Source of the DNA: Lytechinus pictus
Lineage: Eukaryota
Length of the DNA stretch: 64,000 bases
Assembly: GCF_037042905.1 (NCBI RefSeq)
Contig: NC_087247.1
Coordinates: forward strand, 13,082,001-13,146,000
Direction of reading: 5' to 3'
Made by a program: the position numbers and the translations under genes. Of this stretch, positions 26,784 to 38,441 are shown one piece after another (the stretch's first letter is position 1; the number at the start of each line of letters is the position of its first letter). Under the pieces are notes generated by a model, which did no database searches, was not told the DNA's origin, and saw only the letters and a list, made by a program, of their open reading frames with translations.

Positions 26784-26909
26784 ACTTCCTCATTTGCCGC
26801 ACAGGTATCACTTATATTACTCTATTCAATCAGGGAGTTGAAAGTAGAGACATCGATGCCTTCGTGGGAATAAGGTACCACCGGTAAGGAACCGGTTAGA
26901 AAGGTAAGG
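26784..26909 (+). promoter_or_regulatory. V5 conserved upstream element + locally triplicated leader donor
   Basis: ACTTCCTCATTTGCCGCACAGGTATCA; candidate donors at 26875 (gtacca), 26884 and 26904 (gtaagg). Confidence 0.55.
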
Positions 26910-27559
26910 AACATTCGACTGTCATTCATTGCTTAATATTTCTTGAAATTATGGAACTTTTTACTGAAATAAATTTAGATCAAGTGATGTGGTAGCAAAA
27001 GTTCATCGATGTGCTAGGGTAAGAGGGCAATGTTCCGAGGGGAAGGGAGGGGCCTGTACGATTATGAGGTTAGAAATATATACTTTGTACTTCCAATTTT
27101 ATGTTCATTACAGTAGATTTTTCTATGGGATGCATATGAATTTAGAACAACTTTCATTGAAGATCTGAATCGATAATATTTTTAAGAAATTATTTCGTGC
27201 ATTTTATATTTCTGTATCATAATTCAAACAGATTGATATGCATGATCATACCTGGCAAAAACTTTACTTAAAAGAGAAACTTAAAACAGGCTACTAGTAT
27301 TTTATAAAGTAATCATTTATGAAAATATCAAACCTGTTTGTCGGAGTGGACAGCCCTTTTAAGGGGTCGTCTTCATTTTGAACAATGTTAATATTGTTGT
27401 TAACATATATAAAGTAATTTTAGTAATAATGATAACATCTTACTTCCATTATGATTGTACAGGCCGGAGTTAACAAGATAGATCATTTATATTCTCTATA
27501 ACAGAATCGACCTTCATTTACCAAGATCTTGGCGAAATACCGAGGAAAAGGGGACAATC

Positions 27560-28594
27560 ATGACTCAAGGATATGGTTTGAAGCTGGCGACCTTAGTCTT
27601 CTGCCTGCTTCACTTCACTCCACCCATCTACTCAGCTACACTCTCCTCCTACCTGGTATCATCCTTTACTCCTCCTGATGCTGACTCGGACCTACCATTC
27701 AACCACATCACCATCAACAATTACATCACCGGTGATGTCTATATTGGAGCAAGGGAGAGACTCTATCAACTCAACACAGCCCTGACTCTCAAACACACAG
27801 TAGATACAGGATCGTGTCGTTCTCCAAATGAAGATAATACCAATAACAATAGGCTTCTAGCGGTAGCTCCATCACCTGAAGATAAACTCATCACTTGTGG
27901 TGGTTGTGATGGTTTCTGTGAGACAAGGAGCTTGACTAATATATCACATGATGTAGTGAGACATGACTCTTCTGGTACTCAGTATGTGGTTACGACATCA
28001 GATACACCTATCGTTGGAGCTGTACTGTTGGGTGCGGACTACCAGGAAGATGGAGTTGGTACTGCAGATGAGAGATTATACTTATTTACGGGGATCAGTG
28101 ATGCATCACTTACCTTTCGATCTATCTCAAAACACAACCTTTTTGATCTTAAGAATGAACAACATGTAACACAACCCCTATCTTCTGCCCCACAAATCAT
28201 TTTCAAATATTTGATTGCTTATAGGGAAAACCTCTTCTATTTCATGTTTAGGGGGAACATACAGAATAATGCACATTTGGGGCGACTTTGCCGTAATTCA
28301 TTAGATGAACAGTTAGCATCCTACACAGAGATACAACTTCAATGTGGATCTCACAATGAGATCCAGTCAGGTCATATCGGAGCAGCAGGATCCCAGTTAG
28401 CTGATTCATTCAGCATGGAGAGTACAGATGACCTTCTGTATGCTGTATTCGGAAGTGAAAGTTCATCTGCTCTATGCATCTACAAGATGAGTGATGTAGA
28501 GCAGAGCATTGACGATGCTGCCAAGGGATGTAGCCGATCAGGAGATACAAGAGGAACGGAGAGCAACTACCTTCAAGATAGTACATGTAATAGT
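27560..28594 (+). CDS. Variable exon V5 (345 codons), intact
   Basis: Paralog of V1/V2. Acceptor tataacag| at 27504/27505; phase-0 donor AGT|GTGAGT at 28594/28595. Confidence 0.9.
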
Positions 28595-29592
28595 GTGAGT
28601 GTTGATGTCAAATGAGCTGAAAATCTTTCTAATCATTTTTACCGTAATTCTTGTAGGTAGTATTATTGATTGAACGTGTCATATGCCTCCGTAAATCAGA
28701 ATGGTAGTTTGATCTCTTCAAAACTGAATGAGTGCAAATTTCGAAATAGGCCTATAGACCTCTATCCAGATTATGGGCAATAAATCGTGGCGGTCCCCTG
28801 TTACACTCTAGTCAGTCATACTAAATATGTCTACACAAGGCATTTAGTTTGCCGTGTACTTTCATGTATGGTAATACATTCACGGTAATAGAAATGCATA
28901 AAATTCAAAACCATGCATTCATTATTATTAAAATGTACTTGATTTTAATGATGACGATTATACAGTATTGTATGACGCTATAATGGAATCAATATAAAAA
29001 ATCACAGAGTTCTAAAAAACTTAGTACTTGAATGTTATGCGTAAAGTTTGTATCTTAATTGGTTAAAGTTTGACATCTGAGAATGATCCACTTCAAATGG
29101 ACTTTCCCTATTCAAGATCAACGCTGTGTTAAGTTAACTCAGTTAAGTTAAGGCAGTTAACTCGCAATCCATCTCCAATCTCTTAGAATTAGCCTAATTG
29201 TTTCCTAATTCGTCGTTTTTTCTTTTCCTAATTCATTAATATATGAATATGATTTCAGTCTGCATTCTACATGCATGCAAAAGCTTTTAAGTGCCATCGA
29301 CTTGTCGAGACGGCGAGGTACGTTTGCTTCGTCGACACATTAAACATTGTATGTGAACATGGCGAGATACGGTATCTCGCCAAGTCAACCAATGAGAAGT
29401 TTTATGGCAACATGACGAGATATGCTTTCTTTTCAAATGGACATATAAAAAGTAAATGGCGAAAATTCATTTTATATCCATGCATAGCGTGGGTGCACCT
29501 GGATGTTGATATCTAACCAGCAGGCCTACACCATTTTCAAATATACCAAAGGACTACCAACTTAAGAGCTTTTTTGTATTACAACCAGTGAC

Positions 29593-31789
29593 CATGGGCG
29601 GAAATCCCAGGGGGGACAGGGGGACGTGTCCCCCCTACTCAAAATAGTAGAGGGGACACAATATCAAATGTCCCCCCTACTATTTTTGGTCTTTTATGAT
29701 GGTAAGAAATACATCATTATAAATCGAAATAAAACATGTATTTTGGGACGGGATGACCTTACTTTGGCGATGATAACCTTTTTTTTGCTTGTCAAATTTT
29801 GGTTTTTAAAAAGTGCTCTGTAAAAATGTTAGTTTTATGGTCTGAACTTGCGCTGCGCTCGCAAAGTTTGATTTATCAGGTACCTACAGGTATTATTTTC
29901 GTGTATTCCATAAAGTTTTTAAAATATCCCTTTTCAGGTCTGATTGCCAAGACGTATATCAGCTAGCGCGCTGCACGCTCGCATTTTGATTGGCGAGTTA
30001 TATAAATGTTTCAATATAGATTATACAACAAACTATATAAAATCCCCTTTTTATGACAGTTTGTCAAAAATTTTAGCTCGCGATTTGCGCTCGCATTGAT
30101 GGTTAAAAATATATTAACTGATGCATCCTATTCAGAATCACAAAAGTGAAATGTCCAGTTTTTATGCCATTATATCATCAGATTTCGCACCCTCATTAGG
30201 CATTAATAATTGAATTGTCCCTTTTGTTTCATCTCGCGCTTAGCAAGAGGAATAGGAATATAGTCATCATTTTCATATGATGACATGTCGTAAGGATGTC
30301 CCGGTCCTATGTCAAAACTTAAGTAATACTAATATCAGCTCTTTTTTAAGTGCGATCCATATCCACCTTACAATTTTTCTTCAAAGTGCTTGAAATATAA
30401 ACTGAAATTGACTATTTTTCAGATCGGAATATCAAAGTTTCATGATTTTCATGATTAAAGTTGTATTTAGAATGCCTAGATTCTAGGTCTAAATATAAAA
30501 CACGCTCGTGCATGTTTATTCAGATACTCAACTTGTTCTCTAATTTAAATTAAGCCGTTAAATCATTATCCAGTTTCAGATCACAATATCAATTTTTTTC
30601 TGCTCGCGCTTTGTGATCGCATTATTAATGTAGTAAGACCCCATATTACTCATCCTTTTGATGATTTACAAAACATGAACAGAGTGGCCCATTTTTAGGT
30701 CTAAATCTCGAAAAAAAAATTCTGCTCGCGCTTCGCGCTAGCATCAATCGTTAAATTATATAGCTATCCTGTTCACGATTTAAAAAACTGATTAAAATTG
30801 TCCATTCTTTCTTTAGAAAGTTAAAATTTTTCAGCTCGCGCCTCGCGCTCGCATTTTTTGATCGTTGAAATATGTAACGCCTTCATGGCTAAGTGCAAGC
30901 AGTCCTTAACAGGTGCCTTTTCAACAGGTACCAGTTCAAAACGTATATAAAAATGTTCTGCTCGCGCTTTGCGCTCGCATTATTAATACTCACCCTTTTT
31001 AGGTTTTACAAAACATGAATAGACTGAGTGTCTCGTTCAGTAAATATTATAGGACTAAATCTCGAAATTTTCCGCTCGCGCTTCGCGCTCGCATTTAATT
31101 GTTTATTTATATACCTATTCTGCTTGAGTTACAAAAAGTGCTTAGAATTTCCATTATTAATACTCACCCTTTTCAGGATATACAAAACATGAATAGAGTG
31201 TCTCGTTCAGTAAATATTATAGGACTAAATCTCGAAATTTCCGCTCGCGCTACGCGCTCGCATTAATTAATTACTTATATACCTATTCTGCTTGAGTTAC
31301 AAAAAGTGCTTAGAATTTCCATTCTTTAGGTGAACATGTCCAAAAAATTCAGCTCGCGTTTCGCGCTCACATTATTTGATTGTTAAATGCTACTTTAACA
31401 GGTATCTTTTCTATCAGTTCATTTCTGCTCGCGCTTTGCGTTTGTAGTAATTATTAAGTTGCATAAACATCTTTTTCAGGATAACAAACATTGCCCAGAA
31501 TCAGTTCAAATTTTAGGAAAATATACATAAAATTTCCAAAAAAAAATAGCTCGCGGTTCGCGCTCGCATCATATAAATAAGGATTATGATATTATATATT
31601 TATTTATAAGAATAAAGCTAAGAAGTGACTAATGAGGACTGCCCCTTCAAAGAAACAAACAAAAATCATCTTCGAGCTGCCAATCGGGGAAAATATGGCT
31701 GAAACAAATTACCGCCCCCCCCCCCTATTGGCGAAGGCTGGATCCGCCCCTGTGTCCCCCCTACCTTTTGGGAGAGATTTCCGCCCCTG
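29593..31789. mobile_element. Non-autonomous hAT-like element with internal GCTCGCGCTTCGCGCTCGCA repeats
   Basis: TIR CA(T/G)GGGCGGAAATC, 8-bp TSD CCAGTGAC. Confidence 0.8.
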
Positions 31790-32162
31790 CCAGTGACCAT
31801 CACCCAATACATGTATCAATTGATTTTATCAGTGGCATCATACTAAAAGGGGCATGCAGAACAGCAAACGGGCAGCGGGCAACCGCCCCCATTGGTTTCA
31901 AGTGAAAATAAAGGGGTACATAGGACAAGATGAGGCGGGTAAGAAAAACAAAATTATAAGTGAAATAGATGGCTTTGTCACGAGTAAGACTTATCCCTAT
32001 GTATACCCCTTTACAAACACAAGGCCGTCGGGAACAACAAAGTCTTGGTAACACCACTGCATGATATATAAACAAACAAAAGTTCCATATTTATTGCTAT
32101 GATAAATCATTCATGTGCTATATTGACAAATATGGCAGTTCACAATCGCACACGTTTCACTC

Positions 32163-32414
32163 CAGTGGCGTAATGAGCCAAAATTTGGCTAGATATGGCG
32201 TATCCCGTAAAATTAATACAAAGTTGTAAATGAGCGAAGCAAGCGAGCAAATATTTCGACATTTTTATTTCGAAAATCCAAGTTTGTGATAGACTTTGAC
32301 ATATTATTCGGAAAATAATATCTATTTCAACCTTATCCCTTTCCTTTTCTTTCCTTTTTTTCCCTTGGTCGTGAAAAGCCCCAAGCCCCCCCCCCCCCAA
32401 CCTGTACGCCAATG
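32163..32414. mobile_element. hAT-like MITE
   Basis: TIR CA(G/T)TGGCGTA, 8-bp TSD TTTCACTC. Confidence 0.78.
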
Positions 32415-32729
32415 TTTCACTCATCAAAGTTTTTTATTATTATTATTCATCAGGGTTCGTATTAAACTTCGTAACACAGTAAAATGTTCGCAGCATAAAA
32501 TTGGTGTGAAAACTGTTTCATAGCAATAAGAAATGTAACTTATTATTTTTGTTGTGAGACACGAAAAAAAAGTGTGTGAACTTCATTCTTGTTTGCTTTG
32601 TATTGGTACAGTTTTATAGTCATATTTTAAATTCAATTTCAGTACCATAACCTTTAGTCAGAAAGCGATAACTCAATTCATCGATTCCTCGTCGCAAAAC
32701 GATATATATTTCTAATTTCAGGGCAGTAT

Positions 32730-32809
32730 TTCCTCATTTGCAACACAGGTATCATTCTTATTTCTGTATTCAGTCCTGACCGCGATGCCTTCGTCAGAAT
32801 AAGGTAAGG
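32730..32809 (+). promoter_or_regulatory. V6 conserved upstream element + leader donor
   Basis: TTCCTCATTTGCAACACAGGTATCA; GAATAAG|gtaagg donor at 32804. Confidence 0.55.
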
Positions 32810-33552
32810 AACAGTCATTGCGTACTGTTTTTGAAGTTTTTGAACTTTTTACTGAAATAAATTCACATCTTGTGATGTGATAGCAAAAGTCCATTGATAT
32901 ACTAGGTTAAGAGGGCCAATCCCGGGGATGAGGGTTGAGGGTCCCGGGGGTCTTTATCATTTGTATTTAGTCTTCTACATTTCAGTTTATCACAGTAATT
33001 GTTGATGCGCATGATGCACAACAACTAAATCACTTAAGATCTAATTAGACTGTAAAAATTTCCAATGATTTCATACATTTTAGATTTCTGTATTTTAATT
33101 CTAACAGTTTGATTCGTATGATTATACTAAAACAAAAACTTCATTAAAAGATAAACTTAATACGGGCTACTAGTAGGCTTATCTTTGTATGTGGTAAAAA
33201 AAATCATTTTAAGAAAGCATCAAACCTGTTTGTCCACGAGTGGACTCGGCCCTGACGGGTTGTCTTTATTTCGAACATAAATGTTACCTTTATTTAATGA
33301 CAAGATGTTAAATCTAAATATGTAATCGTCTTGATTTAAACTCATTGATGGTTGTAGGTATAGCAATGGTCGCCCTTTGAATTTGTTTTAATAAAATAGG
33401 CGGATTCTACCACAGCTTAAGTGATGAAATGACTCATCTCACTTCCATAATATTTGTACCGGCCGGAGTAATCAGATAATTTATATTCCAACAGAATCAT
33501 CGCCTACATTTACCAAGATCTTGGCGAAATAACCGAGGCAACAGGGACAATC

Positions 33553-34976
33553 ATGACTCAAGGATACGGTTCGAAGCTGGTGATCCTGGTTTTTTGCCTG
33601 CTTCACATCATTCAACCCATCTACTGATCAGCTCCACTCTCCTACCTGGTATCATCCTTAACTCCTCCTGATTCTGACTCGGACTTACCATTCAACCACA
33701 TCACCGGAGATGTCTATATTGGAGCAAGGGAGAGACTCTATCAACTCAACACAGACCTGACTCTCAAACACACAGTAGATACCGGATCGTGTCGTTCTCC
33801 AAATGAAGATAATACCAATAATAATATGCTTCTAGTGCTAGCTCCGTCACCAGAGAGTAAACTCGTCACGTGTGGGGGTTGTGACGGTTTCTGTGAGACA
33901 AGGAGCTTGCATAATATATCAGATGATGTAGTGAGATATGATGTTAGTAATGATCAGCTTGTGGTGACCACATCAGATGCACCCATTGCTGGTGCTGTCG
34001 TGTTGGGTGCTGAATATCAAGATGATGGAGTTGGTACTGCAGATGATGGATTGTACTTATTTACTGGGATCAGTGATCCGTCAGTGAACTTACCATCTAT
34101 CTCAAAGCACAATATTAATGATTTGCGTCATGGACAACGGGTGACACAGCCCCAACCCTCTTCCCCACAAAACGATTTCAAACATTTTGATCCCCTTTAT
34201 GGAAATCCTCTATTTAATGTCTAGGGGGAACAATCAGAAGAGCGCATACTTGGGGCGACTGTGCCGTAATTCATTAGATGAACAGTTAGCATCCCATACA
34301 GAGATACAACTGCAGTGTGGATCTTACAGTGAGATCCAGTCAGGTCATATAGGAGCAGCAGGATCCCAGCTAGCTGATTTTTTCAGCTTGGAAGGCGGTG
34401 CTGCACCATCCCGAGTTTGCCCAATCTCGAGATTTTAGCCCGATCGGCCCTCTTCGCGATTAATCTCGAGATTCAAGAAACCCCGTTCTCCACCATCGCA
34501 AGAAGAGCGATTCCTGCTCGAGCGAGGCATCGATGCGTTATGGTCTGACGCCGTGAATAAATAATCCAGAGTGCGTCGATCTGCACCTACGAATTAGCGC
34601 GATAATTCGTAAAATGGCGCGCTATTTTGCAAATAATCCCAAGATGACTTGGGATTGCAATCTCGAGATTAATCCTACGAACTAGCGCGATAATTGCGTC
34701 TCCATTGCAAATAATCTCGAGATTGTTCAGATCGGGATAATTTGCCGGATCAGAAATAGCGCGCTAATTTGAAAACTCGGGATGGTGCAGACGGCCCTGG
34801 AGAGAACAGATGACCTTCTGTATGCTGTATTCGGAAGTGATAGTTAATCTGCTCTATGCATCTCTAAGATGAGTGATATAGAGCAGAGCTTTGACGATGC
34901 TGCCAGAGGATGTAGCCGAACAGGAGATACAAGAGGAACGGAGAGCAACTTTCTTCAAAATAGTATATGTAACAGA
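33553..34976 (+). pseudogene. Variable exon V6, pseudo-exon
   Basis: ATG at 33553, in-frame TGA at codon 25 (33625-33627), small deletions, frameshift near 34187, MITE at 34393-34798. GTAAGT donor at 34977. Confidence 0.9.
34393..34798. mobile_element. MITE inserted in V6
   Basis: TIR core CTGCACCATCCCGAGTTT, TSD GGA (or TGGA). Interrupts the SLES codons. Confidence 0.82.
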
Positions 34977-35134
34977 GTAAGTGTAAATGTGAAGTAAGCT
35001 GAAAATCTTTAAAATTATTTTTACCATAATTCTTGAAAAATAGTATTAATTGAACATATGCCTCCGAGCAATCAGAATGGTAGTTTGATCTCCTCAAAAT
35101 GGAATGAGTTCAAATTTCGGAATAGGCCTGTATA

Positions 35135-35356
35135 CAGCGGTGCTATATAGTTAGTGAATCCCACTAGAAAATGAGCATATTTTAAATGTTCAAGCTCTGC
35201 CATATGTTTTTATATTTAATTGTTAAGACAGGTGATAAAATACAACATTCAATAAAGTTTGTTTCGCGGAAACACACTATAGTGTTGTAGTCTCTTCAAC
35301 ACTCAGTATGAAGGAGTGCTTTTCTGGAGGGGTTCGCTAACTTTTTAGCACCACTG
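35135..35356. mobile_element. Tc1/mariner-like MITE
   Basis: TIR CAG(C/T)GGTGCTA..AGTTAG.GAA.CCC, preceded by TA. Confidence 0.6.
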
Positions 35357-36904
35357 TCTATCCAGATTATGGGCAATACTTCATAGCACTTCTGTTTACG
35401 CTCTACTCATTTTAATATACTGAATATGTCTACACAAGGCATGTTCGTTTACAGTGTACTTTCATTTTTATATCCGTGATGGTAGAAATGCATGAAAATA
35501 AAAAACCATATGTCTTCATGATTATTATAATGTACTGATTGACTTTAATGATGAATATTCACATCATTGCATGGCGCTATAATGGAAACAGTGAAAAGCA
35601 GAGTGATCTTAACAGGGGCCGTGGAAGCGGGGGGGGGGGGGGTTCAGTCCCCCCCCCCCAACTTTTTTCCAAAACCCGTACAAAAACGTAAAAATGACCA
35701 TATGATCGTGATATTTTGCATGGTCAGTTACTCAGTTCCCCCCCCCCCCCCCCCGCTACTTTGAAAACCATTCCGACTGTGGGCAATTCAATAAAAGGAT
35801 CAACCTTTTTGTACGTCCGACCCCCATTTTTCTTAAGTTTTACTTCACTTCATATACTGACCAAGCGATGGACATTTGACAGCATTACAGGCTGTCATAA
35901 GAACCAGAAATCAGAGACAGAAAATGTCATGAAGGTCCCACATAAAGGGGATCGGACGTACATATTTTATGGAATTGCCCCTGCGTAGCGTAAAATATGT
36001 ATCTTGAGTGAAGTTTGACATCTGAGAATAAGCCACTTCAAAAAGACATTCCCAATTCAAAACGCTGTAGTGAGTGATCACATTAATATTGTATATTTTC
36101 ACAGGCAAACTCGCAATTCATCTACAATCTTTCGAAAAATCCTAATTAAAATTGTTCCCTAAATCGGTTGTATATCTTTCCCTCATTTCTTTTGATTATG
36201 TTTTAATATGAGTATGATTTCAGTCTACGTTCTACATGTTCTAGAGAAGCTTTAAAGTACCGTCGATTTGACGAGATGGCGAGATACACAATGTCGACAC
36301 TAAAACGTGGTTAACATGGCGAGACAGGTGATCTCGCCAAGTCGAACAATGAAAAGATGTATGTCAACATAGCGAGATACGTTATCTATTCAAGACAAAT
36401 AATGAAAAATGAAAATTGTATGTCAACATGACGAGATATGGCTCTTGAAGTGAAGTCGACTAACGAGAAGTTGTATGTCAACATGACGAGATACGTCATT
36501 TCGCCAATTGACATGTAAAATTAGCTTGAATTGATTTTAAATCCATAAAAAGCGCGGGTGCACGTGGATGGTGATATATCAGCCATAGTTCTTTCCTTTA
36601 TAACAAAAACATAAGCCTACACCAAGTTTCAAATAGACGTAAGGATTACTATATAAGTTCAGAGCCTTTTTGTATATGATTACAACCAGCTACCATCACT
36701 AGAAACATATGTCAATTGATTTTATTCAAGTTATTAGTGACATCATACTAACAGGGGCAGTGCAAAAAAGGGCAGCGGGCGGTCGCCTTATATGTGTTTC
36801 AAAAAAAGAGTTAGAAAAAAGGCGTGGTACAATGGGACAATAAGAGGCTGGGAAGAACAAAAGTGTGGGAAATAGATTGCTTTGTCGCGAACTGCGCACT
36901 GTCT

Positions 36905-37047
36905 TGAATCCCTTTAATCGTTGAACGCCAAACAGGGTAGCAGCAACTCCCATCTTTTAACGTATTTCGGTCTACTGACACGGCCGGGGTTTGAACCCCC
37001 AACCTCCCGGTTTTGAGGCGGACGCTCTACCAACTGAGCCAACACAC
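36905..37047 (-). mobile_element. tRNA-derived SINE head (second family), truncated
   Basis: Minus strand TGGCTCAGTTGGTAGAGCG...GGTTCAAACCCC (A and B boxes), inserted relative to paralogous spacers. Confidence 0.6.
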
Positions 37048-37462
37048 TGCAGCATCAATGGTGTGGAAACTTTTTCGTAACTAAGGAAATAAAACTTTTT
37101 TTTCTTCATTCACCAAAAAAATGTAACCCTCATTTTTATTTACTCTGTACGTAATACTTTTTAATTTTGTATAGCCAGATTAGATTTAAAAATGGCCGCA
37201 ACCCTCAATTTAATGTCGAATGTTAAAGACTAAAATATTTTTATTTTTTCCCAAAAACGTTAACGCCAAATGAATTTGACTTTTTTGTCCCCCCCCCCAA
37301 AAAAAAAGAGACAGCCAGAAATAAAAGAAGAAGAAAAAGGTTGAAAAGGGAGATATAGAAAAGGAAAAGGAAACATATAAAGGGGAAATAATTAAGAAGA
37401 CACAACTTAAAAAAAAACACTAATAATAATAATAAAAATAAAAAGGAAGAAATAAGAGACAA

Positions 37463-38441
37463 CCCAGATAGCAAAGTATCTGGGGCCCATATGGGAATCA
37501 TGTGGGCCTACTGGGGCCCATATGTACCATGTAAAACCCACGTGTGGACCATATGGTTTGTCCCACCTAGAACCCAGATAATAAAAACCATATGGGCCCC
37601 ATGTGGTATCTATATGGGCGATGTGGTCTTATTTCAGGGTCGACCGAGCCCAGATAGAAACATATAAAACCCATATGGGGCCCATATGGGGTTTTCCACC
37701 TAGAACCCACATAATAAAACCATATGGCCCCGTGTGGTATCTATATGGGCGAAGTGACATAATTATGGATCGACTGAGCCCAGATAGAAACATATAAAAC
37801 CCATATGGGGCCTTTATGGGTTTTCCCACCTAGAACCCACATAATAAAACCATATGGGCCCCATGTGGTATATATATGGGCGAAGTGGCATAATTATGGA
37901 TCGCCTGAGCACATATAGGAACATATATAAAACCCATATGGGGCCCATATGGGTTTTCCCACCTAGAACCCAGATAATAAAACCATATGGGCCCCATGTG
38001 GTATCTATATGGGCGAAGTGGCATAATTATGGATCGACTGAGCCCAGATAGAAACATATAAAACCCATATGGGGCCCATATGGGAGCAATGTGGGCCTGC
38101 CCATATTCAACCCACACTAAACCCACTTGGCCCAAATGGGCCCCACATAGGGTGTACATATGGGTCCCAGATTGGCCAGGTGGGGCCCATATGGGCCCAT
38201 ACATAGCCCAAATGGGCCCCATATGGTTTACATGGGTACGATGTGGGCCTGCCCATATTTACCCCGCGCGAAACCCTGGCCCATATGGGCCCCAGACGGG
38301 GTGTGCGGTGCAAAAAACACAAGGGGCCCAGATGGGCCCATACATAGCCCACATGGGCAACCCATATGGGGCCCACATTTTAGCCCAGATAAGCCCATGC
38401 ACAAGTAACCCATATGGGCCCCATATATTTTGCTCACTGGG
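37463..38441. mobile_element. TIR element built of CCCATATGGG palindromes and ~130-bp subrepeats
   Basis: Ends CCCAGATAGCAAAGTATCTGGGGCCCATATGGG and (reverse complement) CCCAGTGAGCAAAATATATGGGGCCCATATGGG. Confidence 0.7.

Noticed and set aside
2573-28615. V ORFs as independent single-exon secreted semaphorin-like genes
   Set aside because: The Sema domain is incomplete, each ORF ends just after a consensus phase-0 donor, and the missing part is encoded once downstream in matching phase.
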